Shown one piece after another: positions 28,964 through 37,655 of a stretch of 64,000 nucleotides of DNA (positions are counted from its first letter, which is position 1; each line of letters begins with the position of its first letter). The notes beneath the pieces are model-generated. The model made no database searches and was not told where the DNA came from. It saw only the letters and a program-made list of their open reading frames with translations. A program made the position numbers and the translations under genes. Source of the DNA: Candidatus Latescibacterota bacterium (GTDB lineage Bacteria > Latescibacterota > UBA2968); the NCBI GenBank assembly GCA_965204375.1, contig OZ241986.1:2688001-2752000 (forward strand), written 5' to 3'.

Positions 28964-31729
28964 ATGGCAGACAAAACCCTGTACTTATTAGACGGCATGG
29001 CACTGGTCTATCGCGGGCATTTTGCAATGATACGCAATCCGCGGATGACATCGAAAGGACTGAACACCTCGTCGTTATTCGTCTTTGCCAATACCCTATT
29101 GGATATTTTGGGCAACACACAGCCCTCGCATTTGGCCGTGGTCTTCGACACGCCAGAACCGACATTTCGGGACGAGATATACAAAGAATACAAGGCACAA
29201 CGAGAAAAAATGCCCGAAGACATAAGTGGCGCGCTACCCTACATCAACCAAATGTGTGAAGCGTTCAACGTGCCCGTCATCCGCAAACCCGGCTATGAAG
29301 CCGACGACGTAATCGGCACACTGGCAAAAATAGCCGAAAAGGACGACTTCACAACGTATATGGTAACCCCCGATAAAGACTACGCACAACTCGTCTCAAA
29401 CAAGACATTCATCAGCAAACCTGGACGCACGGGCGATGGCGCTGAGATTTTAGGCGTTCCGGAGGTACTGGAACAATGGGAAATAGAGCGTGTGGATCAG
29501 GTCATCGACATGTTGGGACTGATGGGTGATTCGAGTGATAATGTGCCGGGCATACCGGGCATAGGGCCAAAAACCGCACAAAAACTGATCGCCCAATACG
29601 ACAGTGTGGAGGGACTACTCGACCACATTGATGAATTGAAAGGCAAACAAAAAGAAAATGTAGAGACATATCGCGATCAGGCCCTACTATCAAAGGAATT
29701 GGTCACCATCCATCTCAACGTACCCTTGGACTTTGGATTAGATGACCTCGCGGTAAAAAAACGAGACGAACAAAAATTGAAAACCCTGTTCGCAGAACTG
29801 GAATTCAGCACACTGGGCAAGCGGCTATTTGGAAATGATTTTAATATAGATCAGCAACAGATCTCGCTCTTCGGCGATGATACAGCGCTGGACGGCGTAT
29901 CAACACACAAAACCATTGCAGATGTCGAACACACATACCACCTCGTAGATACGCCGGAAAAGCGCGCATCATTGATCAAAAAATTGGCACAGCAAAAGGC
30001 GTTTTGTTTTGATACAGAAACAACGGGACTAAACCCGAGAACATGTGAATTGCTCGGCCTCGCCTTTTCATTTCAACCGCACACGGGATATTACGTGCCA
30101 ATGCCAGAAGACCCGGATAAAAATAAGGCCGTATTGGAAGAATTCCGCGGCATTCTGGAAAATCCTGACACGGAGAAAATCGGGCACCATCTCAAATTTG
30201 ACCTCGCCGTCTTATTGTGGCAAGGCATCAGGGTTCAAGGGCCGTTTTTTGATACCATGCTCGCCGCTTATGTAACCGCACCTGAAATGCGTCTCAATAT
30301 GAATGCTCTATCGCTGGCATTATTGGATTATGAACCCATTAAAATTGAGTCTTTAATCGGCGAAAAAGAAAAAGGCAAAAAACAAAAAACCCTGCGCGAA
30401 GTCCCTCTGGACAAAGTAGCAGAATACGCGGCCCAAGATGCGGACATCACCTTGCAACTCGCCGAAGCTCTGCGTCCCAAAATCAAAGAAATGGGACAAA
30501 CGCGCGTATTTGAAGACATAGAATGCCCGCTGGTATCTGTACTGGCGCAAATGGAATACGAAGGCATTCGTATGGAAGCATCAGTTATCGAAGTACTCTC
30601 GGAAGATCTGAAAGATGAATTAGTCGCCATCCAAAGGCGTATTTACGACCTGGCCGATGAAACATTTAACCTGAACTCACCCAAACAATTGGGCGATATC
30701 CTATTTGAAAAATTAAAACTCGATCCCAATGCACCGCGCACAGGTAAGACAAAGCAGTATAAGACAGATGAATCAACTTTACAACGGTTGGAGCACAAAC
30801 ACGAGATAGTGAAGCAAATTTTGGATTATCGCACTTATGCAAAACTAAAATCCACCTATCTGGATATGTTGCCGGGAACCATCTTTAAAAATACCGGGCG
30901 CGTCCACACGCATTACGAGCAGGCCGTCACGGCCACCGGACGGTTGCAATCGCACGGACCAAATCTGCAAAATATTCCCATTCGCACGGAAAAGGGACGC
31001 GAAATTCGCAAAGCCTTTGTACCTCGCAATGAAAATTACACCCTCTTGTCAGCAGACTATTCACAAATTGAATTGCGCGTAGCGGCCGAACTGAGTCGAG
31101 ATGAAGAGATGCACAGGGCATTTCGGGAAGGGCTGGATATCCACGCGGCAACCGCAATGAAAATTTACGGATTGGATGAACGCGATGTAACCGACGACAT
31201 GCGTCGGCAAGCAAAAACCGTAAACTTTGGTATAATTTATGGAATTTCGGCCTTTGGCCTGGCGCAACGCCTGAATATTCCGCGCTATGAAGCCAGTAAT
31301 TTAATCGAGCAATATTTTGAACAATTTCCCGGTGCCAAAAAGTACATGGATGACACCATTGAATTTGCGCGAGAACACGGGTATGTGGAAACCATGGCGG
31401 GACGCAGGCGATATCTGCGGGATATCCACTCGCGCAATGCCACCACGCGCAAAAGTGCCGAGCGCAACGCAATCAACTCGCGGATTCAGGGTTCAGCGGC
31501 CGACATGATTAAAATTGCGATGCGCCGCGTCCAGGATGCCTTGTTTGAACGGGACTTAAAAACGCGCATGCTGCTACAAGTACACGACGAACTCGTCTTT
31601 GACATGCACAAAGACGAAGCCGATATCGTGATGCCACTAATCGAAGACGCGATGAAAAATGCCCTGCCAATGTCCGTGCCAATTGTCGTGGAAATGGGCA
31701 TGGGAAATACCTGGCTGGAAGCGCATTGA
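28964..31729 (+). CDS. polA: DNA polymerase I
   Basis: 5'-3' exonuclease (LLDGMALVYR, GYEADD), 3'-5' exonuclease (FDTETTG) and polymerase motifs (ADYSQIELR, KTVNFGIIYG, QVHDEL). Confidence 0.99.
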   Translation: MADKTLYLLDGMALVYRGHFAMIRNPRMTSKGLNTSSLFVFANTLLDILGNTQPSHLAVVFDTPEPTFRDEIYKEYKAQREKMPEDISGALPYINQMCEAFNVPVIRKPGYEADDVIGTLAKIAEKDDFTTYMVTPDKDYAQLVSNKTFISKPGRTGDGAEILGVPEVLEQWEIERVDQVIDMLGLMGDSSDNVPGIPGIGPKTAQKLIAQYDSVEGLLDHIDELKGKQKENVETYRDQALLSKELVTIHLNVPLDFGLDDLAVKKRDEQKLKTLFAELEFSTLGKRLFGNDFNIDQQQISLFGDDTALDGVSTHKTIADVEHTYHLVDTPEKRASLIKKLAQQKAFCFDTETTGLNPRTCELLGLAFSFQPHTGYYVPMPEDPDKNKAVLEEFRGILENPDTEKIGHHLKFDLAVLLWQGIRVQGPFFDTMLAAYVTAPEMRLNMNALSLALLDYEPIKIESLIGEKEKGKKQKTLREVPLDKVAEYAAQDADITLQLAEALRPKIKEMGQTRVFEDIECPLVSVLAQMEYEGIRMEASVIEVLSEDLKDELVAIQRRIYDLADETFNLNSPKQLGDILFEKLKLDPNAPRTGKTKQYKTDESTLQRLEHKHEIVKQILDYRTYAKLKSTYLDMLPGTIFKNTGRVHTHYEQAVTATGRLQSHGPNLQNIPIRTEKGREIRKAFVPRNENYTLLSADYSQIELRVAAELSRDEEMHRAFREGLDIHAATAMKIYGLDERDVTDDMRRQAKTVNFGIIYGISAFGLAQRLNIPRYEASNLIEQYFEQFPGAKKYMDDTIEFAREHGYVETMAGRRRYLRDIHSRNATTRKSAERNAINSRIQGSAADMIKIAMRRVQDALFERDLKTRMLLQVHDELVFDMHKDEADIVMPLIEDAMKNALPMSVPIVVEMGMGNTWLEAH

Positions 31730-32313
31730 AAAATGGAAAACACATGTTCAACTGGCTCAAAAAACTATTCGCCCCTCCTGTCGAACACCTGCCCCAACTC
31801 GAAATGTTTCGCGATCACCTCAATGACCTGCCCGAAATTCAGCACATTATCGGCTATGCCACACGCACCTATCGTTCGGGTGACGAAGCCGCCTGGTGTC
31901 GCATTATGGAAGGCAATGTGGGCAGCAACTGGACAACGGAGAAATGCCGGGCGCAATTGATCCGCGACCCTCGCTTCCAGGCAGAGAACCTCTTTTTCAT
32001 CACCCACAACGACGACCCCATAGCCAGCGCGTGTGCCTGGAAAACACCTGGCCAATCGCCGGAAACGGGTGAAGTTCACATGGTCGCCGCGCACGCAGAC
32101 CACCGCGGCAAAGGACTCGGGCATTTGCTCAACGCCCTCGTCCTCCATCGCTTAAAAGATCTGGGCTATCAAAAAGCACATCTCAAAACCGATGACTGGC
32201 GCCTACCGGCCATCAAAACCTACCTCGACGCGGGCTTCCAGCCCCTCAACACCCACGAAAGTCATCCCGAACGCTGGGAAGCCATCTTCGCCCAGCTAAA
32301 AATTAAAAAATAA
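31726..32313 (+). CDS. GNAT family N-acetyltransferase
   Basis: HRGKGLG acetyl-CoA motif; AIKTYLDAGF. Confidence 0.85.
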   Translation: MKNGKHMFNWLKKLFAPPVEHLPQLEMFRDHLNDLPEIQHIIGYATRTYRSGDEAAWCRIMEGNVGSNWTTEKCRAQLIRDPRFQAENLFFITHNDDPIASACAWKTPGQSPETGEVHMVAAHADHRGKGLGHLLNALVLHRLKDLGYQKAHLKTDDWRLPAIKTYLDAGFQPLNTHESHPERWEAIFAQLKIKK

Positions 32314-32319
32314 ACTTCC

Positions 32320-33318
32320 TCATCCCATCAACGCATTATACCCCATCCCCATCACCTCCTTGACGTGTTCCAGTGTGCGTTGCCCTTCAATACGCGCCCT
32401 CGAACCACCCAAATTCAAAATATCGCGCACCAGATCGGGCTGTTCTTCAAACCCCTTGCGGCGTACCCGAAACGGCGTCATAAAATCGTTCAACACATCT
32501 GCCAACGCGCCTTTACACGTCGTACAGCCAACCGATCCACTGCGACATGCCCTTGCCACCTGCTCGGCATTCTCTTCATCGAACACCTCTCGATAGTGAA
32601 ATGCCGAACACACATCGGGATTTCCCGGATCAGTTGCCCGCACCCGCCCCGGATCAGTAACCATATTCATCACCTTTGCACGCACAGACGCTTCTTTATC
32701 CGACAAATCAATAGCATTGCCATAACTCTTCCCCATCTTACTCTGACCATCCGTACCCTTCAAGCGCGTGCCATAAACGCCATCGGGAATGGGAAACACC
32801 TCACCATAAATCCGATTAAATCGCGCAGCCACTTCCTGCGCCAGTTCAATATGGGGTCTTTGATCTGGACCCACTGGCACATATCGCGGACGAAAAAGCA
32901 AAATATCCGCCGCCTGAGACACCGGATACCCCACAAAACCGTAAGGCACTCGATTCCCCAACCCCATCTTACCCATCTCTTCCTTAACCGTTGGATTCCG
33001 CAACAAACGCGGCAACGTCACCAAATTGGAAAAAATCATGGTTAACTCTGCCAGTTGCGGCACCTGTGATTGCAAAAAACAAACGCTTTTTTTCGGATCA
33101 AAACCCACCGCCAGATAATCCAACACCATTTCCCTGACGTGACGCTCCAGATCCTCTGTCCGATCCCGATGCGTCGTCAGCACCTGATAATCGGCAATCA
33201 TAAAAAAACACTGAAACTCATCCTGCATCTCAAACCGATTCTTCAACGCCCCGACATAATGTCCCAAATGCATTCTACCCGTCGGGCGATCACCTGTTAA
33301 AACAATTGTACGACTCAT
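32320..33318 (-). CDS. trpS: Tryptophan--tRNA ligase
   Basis: LTGDRPTGRMHLGH (HIGH), YPVSQAADIL and KMGKS (KMSKS variant). Start at ATG 33318 behind AAGGA. Confidence 0.97.
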   Translation of the reverse strand: MSRTIVLTGDRPTGRMHLGHYVGALKNRFEMQDEFQCFFMIADYQVLTTHRDRTEDLERHVREMVLDYLAVGFDPKKSVCFLQSQVPQLAELTMIFSNLVTLPRLLRNPTVKEEMGKMGLGNRVPYGFVGYPVSQAADILLFRPRYVPVGPDQRPHIELAQEVAARFNRIYGEVFPIPDGVYGTRLKGTDGQSKMGKSYGNAIDLSDKEASVRAKVMNMVTDPGRVRATDPGNPDVCSAFHYREVFDEENAEQVARACRSGSVGCTTCKGALADVLNDFMTPFRVRRKGFEEQPDLVRDILNLGGSRARIEGQRTLEHVKEVMGMGYNALMG

Positions 33319-33359
33319 CTCTGTTCCTTTCTTTGAACGATTAAAAATCCATAATTTCC

Positions 33360-33504
33360 AAAAAAAAGCGCGCCACCTTCCGGTAGCGCGCGGCACAAAC
33401 AAAGATCGCCAGATATCCGGTGGTGGACATACATCTCCCATTGCGCCTGTCCACCACCAGCGTCCGCCAACATTAAACAGCTCTGTCATCGCACTCAAAA
33501 ACAT
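33360..33504 (-). promoter_or_regulatory. Proximal Trp attenuator: WWW leader codons, alternative hairpins and terminator
   Basis: TGGTGGTGG at 33459-33451; 11-bp inverted repeat 33448-33458/33419-33429; terminator GCGCGCTACC-GGAA-GGTGGCGCGC-T8 at 33391-33360. Confidence 0.8.
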
Positions 33505-33518
33505 CGCATACCTACCAC

Positions 33519-33550
33519 AAAAAAACCGCCGTCAAAAAGCCGACGGCGGT
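33519..33550 (-). terminator. Distal attenuator terminator
   Basis: ACCGCCGTC-8 nt loop-GACGGCGGT followed by a T run on the minus strand. Confidence 0.85.
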
Positions 33551-33581
33551 CAATTCAGAATTCTCAAATAAATACAATCCG

Positions 33582-33692
33582 TCAGCAAACCCACACAGCA
33601 ACACACCACCAACCGCAGACGGTCTCAGACACACGGAGAGCCAGCACCCTATCGGGCGTCGCATCAGTCAAAATGTGATCGTGCATAATCAT
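33582..33692 (-). CDS. Distal Trp-rich leader peptide MIMHDHILTDATPDRVLALRVSETVCGWWCVAVWVC
   Basis: Translated by hand: GGGAG RBS, WW..W near the C-terminus, stop about 30 nt before a terminator. Confidence 0.7.
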   Translation of the reverse strand: MIMHDHILTDATPDRVLALRVSETVCGWWCVAVWVC

Positions 33693-33715
33693 AACAAACT
33701 CCCGTGATATATCGC

Positions 33716-33766
33716 CGATAAAAATAACGACTTCAATACCCCAAGTCAAGCCGTTTGATCTTCTTT
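33716..33766. repeat. 51-bp direct repeat, copy 1; contains the minus-strand promoter TTGACT-17-TATTTT for the trpS leader
   Basis: 44/51 identical to 37187-37237 by manual alignment. Confidence 0.88.
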
Positions 33767-35237
33767 AGCTCACGAACCGGAACGAGTAGAGCTTTGCCGA
33801 TCGCATCACGACGCGAAGCCGCAGCGGCCCCCGATCCGTGGGGATCCGGCGGCCGGCCCCCTGCCACGACACGCCTGCCTTGATTGCATTGGCGACAATC
33901 GTCTCGCACGTCTTCAGCGTGTAGCCTTCCACGGGGCGCCCCTCCTCGTCCTGCAGCTCGACAAGCAGCCAGCCGCCCCCGCCACAATCTACATTCAACT
34001 CGAGCGCCTGACCGTCGAACGCCAGCGGCGGAGTCACAAACTCTCCGCCAGAGAGAGACGCATCCGCCGAGACAAAACCGTCCCGCCTCAGGATCGCCCG
34101 GAACAGCCCAGTGTTCCAACCGTCGCGCACCTCATCATTGTGCCGACTTCCCCGCCCCGAATAGTAGATCCACATCTCGGTCTCGGTAAGCACAGGCCAG
34201 ACATTGGCCATCACCATACCACCCGATGGCCCCCCATCCAGCCCCCGGCGGATAAACGGCTCCCGGTCTCCCTGACGCGACCATATAATCCCGTCACGGC
34301 TCGTGAAGAGCCGGACATCCATTGTGGCCGGGAAATCAGATGCTTCCCAGTGGTAATAAGCGGCGGGCATCATAAAGTACGCATCATCCGCCTCGGGATG
34401 CTTATAGACTGCGTTCGTGTAGTAATCGACCTGCGGCCTATCCATTGACCGGGGAGGCAGAGGAGCTTCCAGGTCCAGCGCATCCCCTTCCAGGACGATC
34501 AGCGTGGGCTGCGACCAGGTCTTAAAGTCGGGCGACGTAATCCGGCCAACGGAGCGGTACCGCTTTCCGAGCTTCATTTCCGCCGCCTCGTCCCGCCGCT
34601 GGGTCTCATGCACCCGCGTATAGCCGACGTAGAGATCCAGGCTGTCATCCCAAAAGAAAACATTCTGAGTATCGCACATCTGGTTGGGCGGATTCGGCTG
34701 GCCCTCATCATACGTCCAATGGATCCCGTCGGGTGAATGCATGGCCCAAAGCCCCGGCAGAACACCGGCCTCGATCTCATCATCCCTGGGATAGTACTTC
34801 GACCAGAGCCGGTAGCGCGAATCGGCGGGCGCACGTTCGTCTATATAGACCGTCGCGCCCTGCATACTCTGACGCTCATCCAGCGGGGCAACGATATTGT
34901 TGGCAGTGCTGCCCTGGAACGTGACGAGGTGCATCTCTGGCTTCTGCCAGGAGACCCCGTCTTCGGACTCTGCATAACAGAGACGGACCGCCCCTTCCTG
35001 CGGACCTCCCGATTTCATCTGTGCGCCGTACCAGAGCCGGAAGTGCCGCTCCCCTTCCCGGATCACCGTATTGTATCCCCCAATCCCGAGCTTCTCCCAC
35101 GGCTTGTCCGCCCGGAGCACCGGCTCGGGGGACTGCAAAGGCGGATTCATACGGAGGTTGACGCCGGAGGCGCGATCGAAGAAACGCGCATCGATGAAAA
35201 GCTGCTTCCGGCTCCCGACATGGACTGTAGCGGCCAT
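33765..35237 (-). CDS. Hypothetical glycoside hydrolase-like beta-propeller protein
   Basis: Asp-box-like repeats SEDGVSW, SPDGIHW, SPDFKTW and SRDGIIW; LRRDGF. Start at ATG 35237. Confidence 0.65.
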   Translation of the reverse strand: MAATVHVGSRKQLFIDARFFDRASGVNLRMNPPLQSPEPVLRADKPWEKLGIGGYNTVIREGERHFRLWYGAQMKSGGPQEGAVRLCYAESEDGVSWQKPEMHLVTFQGSTANNIVAPLDERQSMQGATVYIDERAPADSRYRLWSKYYPRDDEIEAGVLPGLWAMHSPDGIHWTYDEGQPNPPNQMCDTQNVFFWDDSLDLYVGYTRVHETQRRDEAAEMKLGKRYRSVGRITSPDFKTWSQPTLIVLEGDALDLEAPLPPRSMDRPQVDYYTNAVYKHPEADDAYFMMPAAYYHWEASDFPATMDVRLFTSRDGIIWSRQGDREPFIRRGLDGGPSGGMVMANVWPVLTETEMWIYYSGRGSRHNDEVRDGWNTGLFRAILRRDGFVSADASLSGGEFVTPPLAFDGQALELNVDCGGGGWLLVELQDEEGRPVEGYTLKTCETIVANAIKAGVSWQGAGRRIPTDRGPLRLRVVMRSAKLYSFRFVS

Positions 35238-35307
35238 GAGATACCCCTTCCTATTGTCGATGCTAACTACGAAAAGTTTGCCTGACTCCGATCCATCCTG
35301 TACATCC

Positions 35308-36255
35308 CTACTCACACGCAAGTGCGGCCAACATGGCCTTGATATACCCAACTGAATAGGCGAGCGCGTGGGTGTTGCCGGCAGGCCCATCCCCTTCAAG
35401 CGTCGGATAGTGGTCGGGGTTCAGGCAGCCGTCGTAACCCACCCGCTTCAGTTCGCGCAGGATCTTGTACATGTTCATGTCCCCATCGTCCAGCAGGACC
35501 TCCTCGAACGCACCGGCGGTTGCAAAGCTCGCCCGCACGTTTCGAAAGTGGACCTCGAAGAGACGTCCCTTCCGTCCGTAGTTGTGAATTTCGTCCAGAA
35601 CGAGTGGAAGTCCTCCGGCCTCCGCGCGTGTCCCGCAACAGTAGAGGTAGCCGACACACGGGTTCGGAAAAGCGTCGATCACCCGGTGGAATCCCAGCCC
35701 GCCAAAGAGCGCATCCTGCGTCGGCGGGTCGGAGGGATGCATCATCAGTCTGACGCCTGCGGCTTCCGCGATAGGCACGAGCCGTTCGTAAGCCGCACAG
35801 ACGCGTCCCCACCGCTGCTCTCGCACTGCTATATCCGGCGGCTCATCCCCTTCTGCGAGTGACAGACTGTCCCCTCGAGCCGGGTATCCGCCGCGGTGCG
35901 ATGCCCGATAGCGTCCAATCATCCAGGGATCCGTGGAATAGTCGAAGTGCACCCGTCCAAGAGGATAGCCCGCTTCGCCAAGGACCCGGACGGACTCGCA
36001 CGCGGCGTCGAGTTCCTCCTCAGCGCCATCATCTTCGTCCATGAACCGCTTCGATAGACCGGGCAAACTGATGCGATTCACCTGCAGACCCCAGGAATGA
36101 ACTCGTTTCTTCATTTTTAGTGCCTCGTCCAGATCGAAGACGCCACGGTCATCGGTCGGCAATGGCAGGGCATCGACGCAATCGACGCCCAACTGGGTCA
36201 ACTGGCGCAACGTCGCGTCGGACGGGTCTTGACACCAGGTAGCTACTTTGATCAT
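35308..36255 (-). CDS. Mannonate dehydratase (UxuA)-like protein
   Basis: Motifs MHPSDPP, VHFRNV, FEEVLLDDGD, PDHYP and AYSVGYIKA. Confidence 0.82.
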   Translation of the reverse strand: MIKVATWCQDPSDATLRQLTQLGVDCVDALPLPTDDRGVFDLDEALKMKKRVHSWGLQVNRISLPGLSKRFMDEDDGAEEELDAACESVRVLGEAGYPLGRVHFDYSTDPWMIGRYRASHRGGYPARGDSLSLAEGDEPPDIAVREQRWGRVCAAYERLVPIAEAAGVRLMMHPSDPPTQDALFGGLGFHRVIDAFPNPCVGYLYCCGTRAEAGGLPLVLDEIHNYGRKGRLFEVHFRNVRASFATAGAFEEVLLDDGDMNMYKILRELKRVGYDGCLNPDHYPTLEGDGPAGNTHALAYSVGYIKAMLAALACE

Positions 36256-36292
36256 GGGAAACCTCCTATTATAGTCTCAAACCCGAGCAGCG

Positions 36293-37138
36293 CTAACCCC
36301 CTTCGGGATGGCGACCACCCAGCAATTGAAGCAGGCGATCGCTGGCAGACGCCCGCGCATCTTCGGGAATGGGCACCCGGTTCATCCATCCGAATCGCCG
36401 GAACGCCCAATCAACCGCGTACTGCGACTGCATCAGGTACCGCGTGCGATCGGACCTGTTTGGCGCCCCCCGGTGCCAGCACTGCGGATCCTGCACGTAG
36501 ATATCCCCCGCCTTGCAGAAAACAGATACGGGACCTTGCTCCTCGAACTCCGGATTCTCCTGACTGTTCGGATCCTTGCCCGAAAGATGGCTTCCGGGGA
36601 CGTACTGTGTGGGACCGTGTTCGATCTGCTCGATATCGCTCAGTGCCATTTGCACGGTAATCCAGAGCACCGGCGGTCGAATCCGGGGGTCGTGGCGGGG
36701 CACGCTCTCCGGGACGGGAAAGTGGACTGCGCCATCCACGTGCCACCTTTCGATCGCCACACCGGACTGGTTTCGCAGCACGTTCTGTCCACAGAAGCGG
36801 CAATTGGGTCCGACGATCGCCTCGGCGAGGCTCAGGATCGGTTCCCGAAGGAGCATCTCTCTGAAGATCCCGTCCAGCGCAATCGTATTCCGCAGGATAA
36901 ACGGTCGATCCCCCTCGCCGTGCATTTGCACGTACCGGCGATCGTGCAAGCCGAGGTCTTCCTCTTCCGCAAGCAAAGGATCGTCGAGAAACGCATCCGT
37001 TCGGTCCCGCAACGCCTGCATTTCACCTGCTTCGAGCACGCCGGGGATATGCACGAAACCGTCTCTGTGGAAGCAGTCGATGATCTCCCGGGTGGTCTTT
37101 TCTCCAAATGGCTCGCCGGATTGGATCGGACTCGACAA
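36293..37138 (-). CDS. Phytanoyl-CoA dioxygenase (PhyH) family 2OG-Fe(II) oxygenase
   Basis: Motifs WHVD, GPTQYVPGSH and WHRGAPN. TTG start at 37138 behind AGGAGG; the ORF is open from 37186. Confidence 0.88.
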   Translation of the reverse strand: MSSPIQSGEPFGEKTTREIIDCFHRDGFVHIPGVLEAGEMQALRDRTDAFLDDPLLAEEEDLGLHDRRYVQMHGEGDRPFILRNTIALDGIFREMLLREPILSLAEAIVGPNCRFCGQNVLRNQSGVAIERWHVDGAVHFPVPESVPRHDPRIRPPVLWITVQMALSDIEQIEHGPTQYVPGSHLSGKDPNSQENPEFEEQGPVSVFCKAGDIYVQDPQCWHRGAPNRSDRTRYLMQSQYAVDWAFRRFGWMNRVPIPEDARASASDRLLQLLGGRHPEGG

Positions 37139-37186
37139 TGGAATCCTCCTTGAGATGTACGTCCAAACGGAACCGAAACGTATCAT

Positions 37187-37237
37187 CGATGAAAATAACG
37201 ACTACAACAACTCAAGTCAAACCGTTTGATTTTCTTT
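37187..37237. repeat. 51-bp direct repeat, copy 2; overlaps the stop of the DCC gene and contains TTGACT-17-TATTTT
   Basis: Matches 33716-33766. Confidence 0.88.
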
Positions 37238-37636
37238 TGTCTCTGCGCGCTCCCCATAAGACAATTCACACGTCCCCACATCACACGCCACGCGACCTGA
37301 AAGATGGCGATATCGCGCAATCAACGCATATCCCGCCCGAAAAACGAGATTCAAAATCGGCACGTGATACAACCATGCAAACAGATGGAAGGGGGGTAGC
37401 CTGCGATAGATTTGATACACGGCATCCGCACCCACATAAATATCCTCTTTGCCCACCACCAGTCGCATACCCGTATTAAAATCCGACGACGCCAGCTTTG
37501 GAAAATGGTCTTCAATCCCCTGCGTCTGCCTGGGCAAATAATCAAACTGACTGCGTTTGTCTTTCTTTTTCATACGGCGAACACTCCAGATACAAAAACG
37601 ACATTCGCCGTCATATACAACAATCGGTTTTTCCAT
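37217..37636 (-). CDS. DCC family thiol-disulfide oxidoreductase (DUF393)
   Basis: YDGECRFC motif; YALIARYR. Confidence 0.88.
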   Translation of the reverse strand: MEKPIVVYDGECRFCIWSVRRMKKKDKRSQFDYLPRQTQGIEDHFPKLASSDFNTGMRLVVGKEDIYVGADAVYQIYRRLPPFHLFAWLYHVPILNLVFRAGYALIARYRHLSGRVACDVGTCELSYGERAETKENQTV

Positions 37637-37655
37637 CACGCCTCCGCAAAAAAAC

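Noticed and set aside
33360-33700. T-box riboswitch upstream of trpS
   Set aside because: I found no T-box consensus (AAnnnGGGTGGnACC) ahead of either terminator. In-frame Trp codon runs inside alternative stems fit ribosome-mediated attenuation better. Rfam would settle it.
33716-37237. Integron cassette (attC) or IS-mediated insertion
   Set aside because: The boundaries are direct repeats without attC palindromic structure, and no integrase, transposase or terminal inverted repeats are present.
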